This document shows positions 59,006-64,000 of a stretch of DNA of 64,000 nt, piece after piece. The notes below the pieces were generated by a model. It was not told where the DNA came from and ran no database searches. It saw only the letters and a program-made list of their open reading frames with translations. Made by a program: the position numbers and the translations under genes. The DNA is taken from positions 1,184,001-1,248,000 of the forward strand of contig OZ219802.1 of NCBI GenBank assembly GCA_964291655.2. The letters are read 5' to 3'. This DNA is from Chloroflexota bacterium (GTDB lineage: Bacteria > Chloroflexota > UBA11872 > VXOZ01). Numbering within the stretch: position 1 is the first letter of the stretch; every line of letters begins with the position of its first letter.

Positions 59006-60583
59006 CTATCTCTGTCGTGCGGCTTCTTGCGCGCTTGCCGGGACCTCTTCGGCGGAAGCCGCGCTTCTCTCCTGGGGCAGATGCCGTGCCGGCATGAAGC
59101 GGAAGATGAGAGTCGCGCCAATCAGCGCCGCACACGCCGAAATCAACACTGCCAAGCTTAGCGCATCGGTGAAGGCTATCTCTGCTGCTTTTGTCAAAGC
59201 GCCGGCAATGTTAGCGGGTAGCCTGGCGGCAATCCGGGAGGCCATGCCGACTGAGTCGCTGGCGGCTGCCGCGGCCTCCGGGGGCAAGCCGGCAACGGCG
59301 TCTTCCATGCTGCGGCCATACACCGTGTTTATGGCAGATCCGATAGTGGCCACTCCGAGGGCGCCCGCAACCTGGCGCGTGACGTCATTCATGGCTGAGG
59401 CCACTCCAGCGTTGGCTTCGGGAATAGCTCCCATCACGGCATCGGTGGCTGGCGCCATGGTATTGCCCATGCCAATCGCGAGAACAAACAGTGTCGTGCC
59501 GACAATCCAATACTCCGTGTCCGGCCCCCAAAACGCCAGCGTGGCCAACACCGCGGCCACCAGCAGGAGACCCAACGTCACGACCTTGTCCGTACCCAGT
59601 ATTGCCACCAGTCGATGGCTGTTTCCGGCCCCCACTACAATGCCCAGGGCCATGGGCACCAATCTCACACCGGCCTCCAGAGGCGTATAGCCTTGCACGA
59701 ATTGCAGGAATTGCGTCAGCCCAAACACCATGCCGAACATCGCAAAGAAAGCGATCGCGATCGCCCCCGCTCCCGCTGAAAAGCGCGGGTTACGGAAGAA
59801 CGCGAGGTTCAACATGGGGTGGTCCACCCTGAACTCCCACATGACGAATGCAACTGCCAGAATGCCGCCACCCGCAAAACAGCCCAAGACGAGGGTGTCG
59901 GTCCAACCGCGCGCCGGGGCTTCGATGATGGCGAACACGAGAGCGGTCACCGCGGCTATGGAAAGTATGGCGCCGAGAATGTCCACCGGCACGGGCTGCG
60001 GGTCACGGCTTTCCGGGATTACGAAGAGTCCACCCAAGAGTGCGAGCACGGCTATGGGAATGTTGATCAAGAAGATGGAACCCCACCAGAACTGCTCCAA
60101 AAGGATGCCACCGGTGAGCGGACCGAGACCTATGCCCAGTCCGGCAATGCCCGCCCAGATGCTGATCGCCCGCCCGCGCTCATCTCTGGGGAAGACGTCG
60201 ATGAGAATCGAGAGCGTCGACGGCATGATGAGAGCGCCACCGATACCCATTACGGCGCGCGCGGCAATGAGCTGTTCCACGGTCTCCGCGTAGGCCGCAA
60301 AGAGACTGGAAGCGCCAAATACGACGAGGCCCACCTGGAGCGCACGCTTACGGCCGAATCGGTCACCGAGCGATCCCATCGTAAGCAAGAGACCGGCGAA
60401 AACGAGAATGTACGCGTCAACCATCCATTGGAGGGACGTTGCCGATGCATCGAATTCTCGCTGCAAAGTGGGCAGGGCAACGTTGAGAATCGTGTTGTCC
60501 AAGCCAATGATGAGCAAGCTCATGGAGAGCAAGCCGAGGATCCACCACCGCCGCTGATATGTGGCTGACTGTGGTCCCCTCAT
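59006..60583 (-). CDS. DHA2 (EmrB/QacA-like) 14-TM MFS efflux pump
   Basis: LDNTILNVALP, GDRFGRKR and WWGSIFLINIP motifs. Confidence 0.93.
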   Translation of the reverse strand: MRGPQSATYQRRWWILGLLSMSLLIIGLDNTILNVALPTLQREFDASATSLQWMVDAYILVFAGLLLTMGSLGDRFGRKRALQVGLVVFGASSLFAAYAETVEQLIAARAVMGIGGALIMPSTLSILIDVFPRDERGRAISIWAGIAGLGIGLGPLTGGILLEQFWWGSIFLINIPIAVLALLGGLFVIPESRDPQPVPVDILGAILSIAAVTALVFAIIEAPARGWTDTLVLGCFAGGGILAVAFVMWEFRVDHPMLNLAFFRNPRFSAGAGAIAIAFFAMFGMVFGLTQFLQFVQGYTPLEAGVRLVPMALGIVVGAGNSHRLVAILGTDKVVTLGLLLVAAVLATLAFWGPDTEYWIVGTTLFVLAIGMGNTMAPATDAVMGAIPEANAGVASAMNDVTRQVAGALGVATIGSAINTVYGRSMEDAVAGLPPEAAAAASDSVGMASRIAARLPANIAGALTKAAEIAFTDALSLAVLISACAALIGATLIFRFMPARHLPQERSAASAEEVPASAQEAARQR

Positions 60584-60600
60584 AGCACACGCTCCCTTTA

Positions 60601-60654
60601 TATTACGGTACCGTCTCGTATCTCTACACTAGCGCACGCTACCCGGCGTGTCAA
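60601..60654 (-). promoter_or_regulatory. Promoter and probable TetR operator of the MFS-tetR operon
   Basis: TTGACA-N17-TAGTGT followed by the palindrome ACGGTACCGT (60605-60614). Confidence 0.65.
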
Positions 60655-60842
60655 GAACGTCTGGGAGGAACACGCGACTGGCCGGCCGATAGGCAGTCTT
60701 GTCTGCCGCCGGACCGGACAGGGCGATGAGAGCGTAGCGCCAGCGCTACGCCCAAGAATAGGGAAAGTATCTGACCTGTCCCCGCATAAGATCAAACTCA
60801 GACCAGGGCGAGGACAACCAATCGCGCCAGGTGGCTACACCT

Positions 60843-62615
60843 TCACACCCATGGGAATTGCAGCGTGGGCTGGTTGGCGTAGCGCTGCATGGTGAGCGTG
60901 ATGCGCTCGCCGGCGCCGGGCGCGAGGCGCACGACGAGGTGAGGACCGTTGACTTCGGTGGTAATGCCGCCGGCGGTAGCGCTGATAAACTGGTGCTCGG
61001 CGTACGCGCCGCCTTGCACGATAAGCGTGCGCTCTTCGACCGGATGGAGATTCACCAGATCCACACCAACCTCAGAGGCGGTCAGGTGGTCCACCAGGGC
61101 CGCGACGTCTTCCGGCAGTCCGGCGCGGCGACGGGCGGGATCGAAGTAGCGCAGGCGGCAATAGAGCGGGCCGCCTTCCCTGCCCGTGGGGAAGCCGCCG
61201 AGCGTGAGCCGGGTGAGCGCATCGGTAGTTGCCGGGTTTATGTGGTTCATGTCGTCAGAGAGCCGCGTATCCGGGGTGGTGGTATCCCGCCTCATCTTTT
61301 CGATGCGCTCGCGCACTGTCGCATAGTCGCGCTGCAGCGCTTCCACCGGATAGCCGGGGTTCTTGCCCGCCAGAAAGTCGTGCCAGGGATCGTCCGGCGC
61401 CCGCTCAAGGTCCTGCGGGTCCATGGACAAGTAGTATAACTCGCGCGCGCCGGCCGCGAACGGCGTCGGCTTGAAATCATACCAGCCTTCTTCTCCGTAG
61501 GTATCGCCGTACATGTGGGGATATGTGGGTGTGCCGTCCTCCAGCTTTGCATTGGCGTTTACGGCATCGAGCATGTTGCGCCAGACGGACAAGTAGCTTT
61601 GGTCGCCGGTCATGAGCAGCGCGTTGCCGAAGCCGTAGACGGCGCGTTGCTGCCACGCCGGACGGTGCGCGAGTTTGCCGGTGTTATGGTCGATGACAGA
61701 GAATCCCCAGCCGTAGACGCCGCCGTACCACTTGCCGTCGCAGGCGCCGCCGAGGGTGCCGTCCAGCCCGATATTCGTCGGGACGATGCCGTTGTTCGCC
61801 TTCGTGTGCGCCACCCAGCCGTCTACATAGCGCACGATCCAATCGCGATACTTGGCTTCGCCGGTGAGGGCGAAGGCGGTGAGGGCTACCGTGGTGACGG
61901 AGAGATTCAAGGGATGGTCGCCGGCCACGTCGTTGTAATCCCGGAAGTGATCGAGCATCTGGGCAAAGCTGTTCTCGCCATGCTTGGCGTCAAAGCGCCC
62001 CGCCACTTCGATGGGATCGCCGGCCCAGTCGAGCGCGGTTGACTTGCGCAGCATCGGCCCCCGGCTGCCGTTGAACATGCTGCGAATCACGTTGTGCTCC
62101 GGGTCGTAGTTCGGGGCCTGCGGATCCTCATCCATATAGAAGCCGGCGTAGCGGCGGATGCGCTGTTCGTAGAGGCTGTCCGCGGGATTGCTGAGCGGCT
62201 CCAGAATGAAGGGTGAAATCCACTCGCCGTGGTGCATCCAATCGAACATCACGGAAAACTCTTTGTAATACATGCCCTCACGGGCCATGGGCACGTACTC
62301 GGTCTTGGCCTCGGTATACTGGCGCAGGTGGCCATCCCAGCCCTGCTTGTACATGGTCAAAACGTCGTCAGACGCACCCAGGGCATGGAGCATGGGCCAA
62401 TTGAGCAGATTCTCACCGGCGTCATCGGGGCCGTCGTTGCCGCCCCAACGCGGAATGCAGACCAGGTAGCCCCGGTCGTCAAAATACTTCGCATAGAACG
62501 CCGCGCACGCCGCCTCCTGCGCCCGCAACAACTCTCGCTCCAACAACGCCCAATGCGGCGGGTCAAGCGGTGTGCTCAGGTATACTAAAGCAGAGCGACC
62601 ATCTGTACTGCTCAC
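60843..62615 (-). CDS. Hypothetical protein (590 aa), possibly an alpha/alpha-barrel enzyme
   Basis: GGAGG RBS and long ORF with GC-rich codon usage; DGPDD..EN and DWMHHGE motifs; family not recognised. Confidence 0.75.
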   Translation of the reverse strand: MSSTDGRSALVYLSTPLDPPHWALLERELLRAQEAACAAFYAKYFDDRGYLVCIPRWGGNDGPDDAGENLLNWPMLHALGASDDVLTMYKQGWDGHLRQYTEAKTEYVPMAREGMYYKEFSVMFDWMHHGEWISPFILEPLSNPADSLYEQRIRRYAGFYMDEDPQAPNYDPEHNVIRSMFNGSRGPMLRKSTALDWAGDPIEVAGRFDAKHGENSFAQMLDHFRDYNDVAGDHPLNLSVTTVALTAFALTGEAKYRDWIVRYVDGWVAHTKANNGIVPTNIGLDGTLGGACDGKWYGGVYGWGFSVIDHNTGKLAHRPAWQQRAVYGFGNALLMTGDQSYLSVWRNMLDAVNANAKLEDGTPTYPHMYGDTYGEEGWYDFKPTPFAAGARELYYLSMDPQDLERAPDDPWHDFLAGKNPGYPVEALQRDYATVRERIEKMRRDTTTPDTRLSDDMNHINPATTDALTRLTLGGFPTGREGGPLYCRLRYFDPARRRAGLPEDVAALVDHLTASEVGVDLVNLHPVEERTLIVQGGAYAEHQFISATAGGITTEVNGPHLVVRLAPGAGERITLTMQRYANQPTLQFPWV

Positions 62616-62814
62616 TGAAACTCCTCCGTAAATGGACCTAAATGTCGTAGTGTAAACTCTTCCTTACGTGCTGCTGAGGACAAGTCTGTCACCATTGAAC
62701 CGATTTGGCAATGACAATCAGCTTAGGCACGAAGCAGAGCGCATGCGGCCCCACGTTGTGGCTGTCACTTAGACGCTGGTTCGCGGCACATAAACTGCAC
62801 ACCAAGGAAACACG

Positions 62815-63552
62815 ATGATACGCGGCGTAGTATTCGACCTGGACGGCACGTTGCTCGATCATGATGGCGCCGAACTGGCGGCGCTGTCCAAACTCTATCC
62901 CACGCTTCTCGACGGAGACGATGAACCGCGGCAGTGGCTTCCCTTCCCGGAGTTTGCCGCCGCGTGGCATGAAGCGGCGGAGCGTGGCTGGCAGCGCTAT
63001 GTGGCAGGTGAGTTGAGCTTTGCCGAACATCGCACCTGGCGGGTGCAGCAGGTAATAGCACTGCAAGACGAGACCGGAGCCGGTGGGCGACCGCTGTCGG
63101 AGCAAGAAGTGAGCGACATCTTCGATCGCTACCTTGCCATGTACGAAAAGAGTTGGTCGCTCTATCCTGACGTCTTACTCTGTCTGGAGGCGCTCGCAGC
63201 ATACCCTCTGGGTATGATTACCAACGGAGACGGCAAGCAACAGCGGCAGAAGCTTGACCAATTGGACATCGCTGAACGCTTTCGTTCCGTGCTCGTTTCC
63301 GGTGACGTCGGCGTTGCGAAACCGCAGCGGGAAATATTCGAGCGCAGTGCTGAAGAATTAGGATTCCATCCCAGCGAACTGCTATTCATCGGTGACAATC
63401 CAGAGAACGACGTGCGCGGAGCCATGCAGGCCGGCTGGCATGCTATCTGGCTGAACCGCACGGGCTCAGACCAGGAGGTCGCGGCACACATGGTCGATGA
63501 TCTTTCTGATATTCCGCGCTTGGTTGCCGGCGGCTCTCCACGCTTTCCGTGA
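62815..63552 (+). CDS. HAD-family hydrolase (YjjG-like)
   Basis: FDLDGTL, ITNG, KP..IF and IGDNPENDV.GA motifs. Confidence 0.92.
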   Translation: MIRGVVFDLDGTLLDHDGAELAALSKLYPTLLDGDDEPRQWLPFPEFAAAWHEAAERGWQRYVAGELSFAEHRTWRVQQVIALQDETGAGGRPLSEQEVSDIFDRYLAMYEKSWSLYPDVLLCLEALAAYPLGMITNGDGKQQRQKLDQLDIAERFRSVLVSGDVGVAKPQREIFERSAEELGFHPSELLFIGDNPENDVRGAMQAGWHAIWLNRTGSDQEVAAHMVDDLSDIPRLVAGGSPRFP

Positions 63553-63614
63553 TCCTTTCCTCTAGCCACTCGACCATTGGAGACTTTTGCGTAAGTCTAG
63601 AGCAAGCGAGGCAG

Positions 63615-63788
63615 TCCCCTCTCCCTCTGGGAGAGGGCTAGAGCCTGCCCCGTACGTGATACGGGGGTGAGGGTGAATCTCCTGAAATCTCTCCAAATAC
63701 ACACCGATTCTAACCTGATATGTCTTGACACTGCCCGGCGCAAAGGGCCATTGTAGCAAAAAGGCCCCCTCACCCCAACCCTCTCCCC
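63615..63788. repeat. REPIN-like unit, inverted homolog of 54830-54980, with an extra internal hairpin
   Basis: Same spacer sequence; extra agagcctgccccgtacgtgatacgggg inserted in one REP. Confidence 0.85.
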
Positions 63789-64000
63789 TGTATAGACCGG
63801 GTTGATGGGTAACAGGTGTTCGGGTTGATAGGTTACACCATCGAATATGGGAGTTTTCGTTGTATGCAGTGTCCATGCCATGGAAGTTAGACCAACTCAA
63901 TACCCTTATGGATACGGCTTTTCCCCTGGCACCAGCTCACGAACTGAACATGAGTATGTCGTGGTGCCTGGAACGTCTATTTCTCTGCCCAACCTAAAGC
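63789..64000 (+). mobile_element. Left end of a third IS481-related element (truncated by window edge; transposase frame apparently broken)
   Basis: TGTATAGACCGGGTTGATGGGTAAC..CGGGTTGATAGGTTACACC matches the copy 1 end; same REP target; ATG CCA TGG AAG (MPWK) is followed by unrelated sequence. Confidence 0.8.

Overview
High-GC bacterial chromosome segment, most likely Chloroflexota. That assignment is an inference from the DUF2298/YYY membrane protein and the clpC-radA-ispDF-cysE-cysS block; the large RCC1-like and TPR repeat proteins hint at a host-associated lifestyle. Housekeeping genes (clpC, radA, ispD, ispF, cysE, cysS, mrp, dnaG, rpoD, plsX, modAB) alternate with accessory loci. The standout is a compact dop / small GGE-terminated protein / pafA cassette (7.0-10.6 kb). 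It looks like a Pup-type protein-tagging system with a highly divergent modifier, has no proteasome or ARC ATPase gene beside it, and is bracketed by inverted REP mosaics. Other notable elements: IS481-family elements and a TGT..ACA MITE that insert at fixed positions inside REP palindromes; an IS1595 element carrying passenger genes and a possible antisense-RNA/small-peptide module, which splits a branched-chain ABC operon; a Swt1-like HEPN fusion directly after rpoD; a 28-repeat RCC1/crinkly-like lipoprotein; and HigBA and HicAB toxin-antitoxin loci. No rRNA, tRNA or CRISPR array was seen. All calls are by eye, without database searches.
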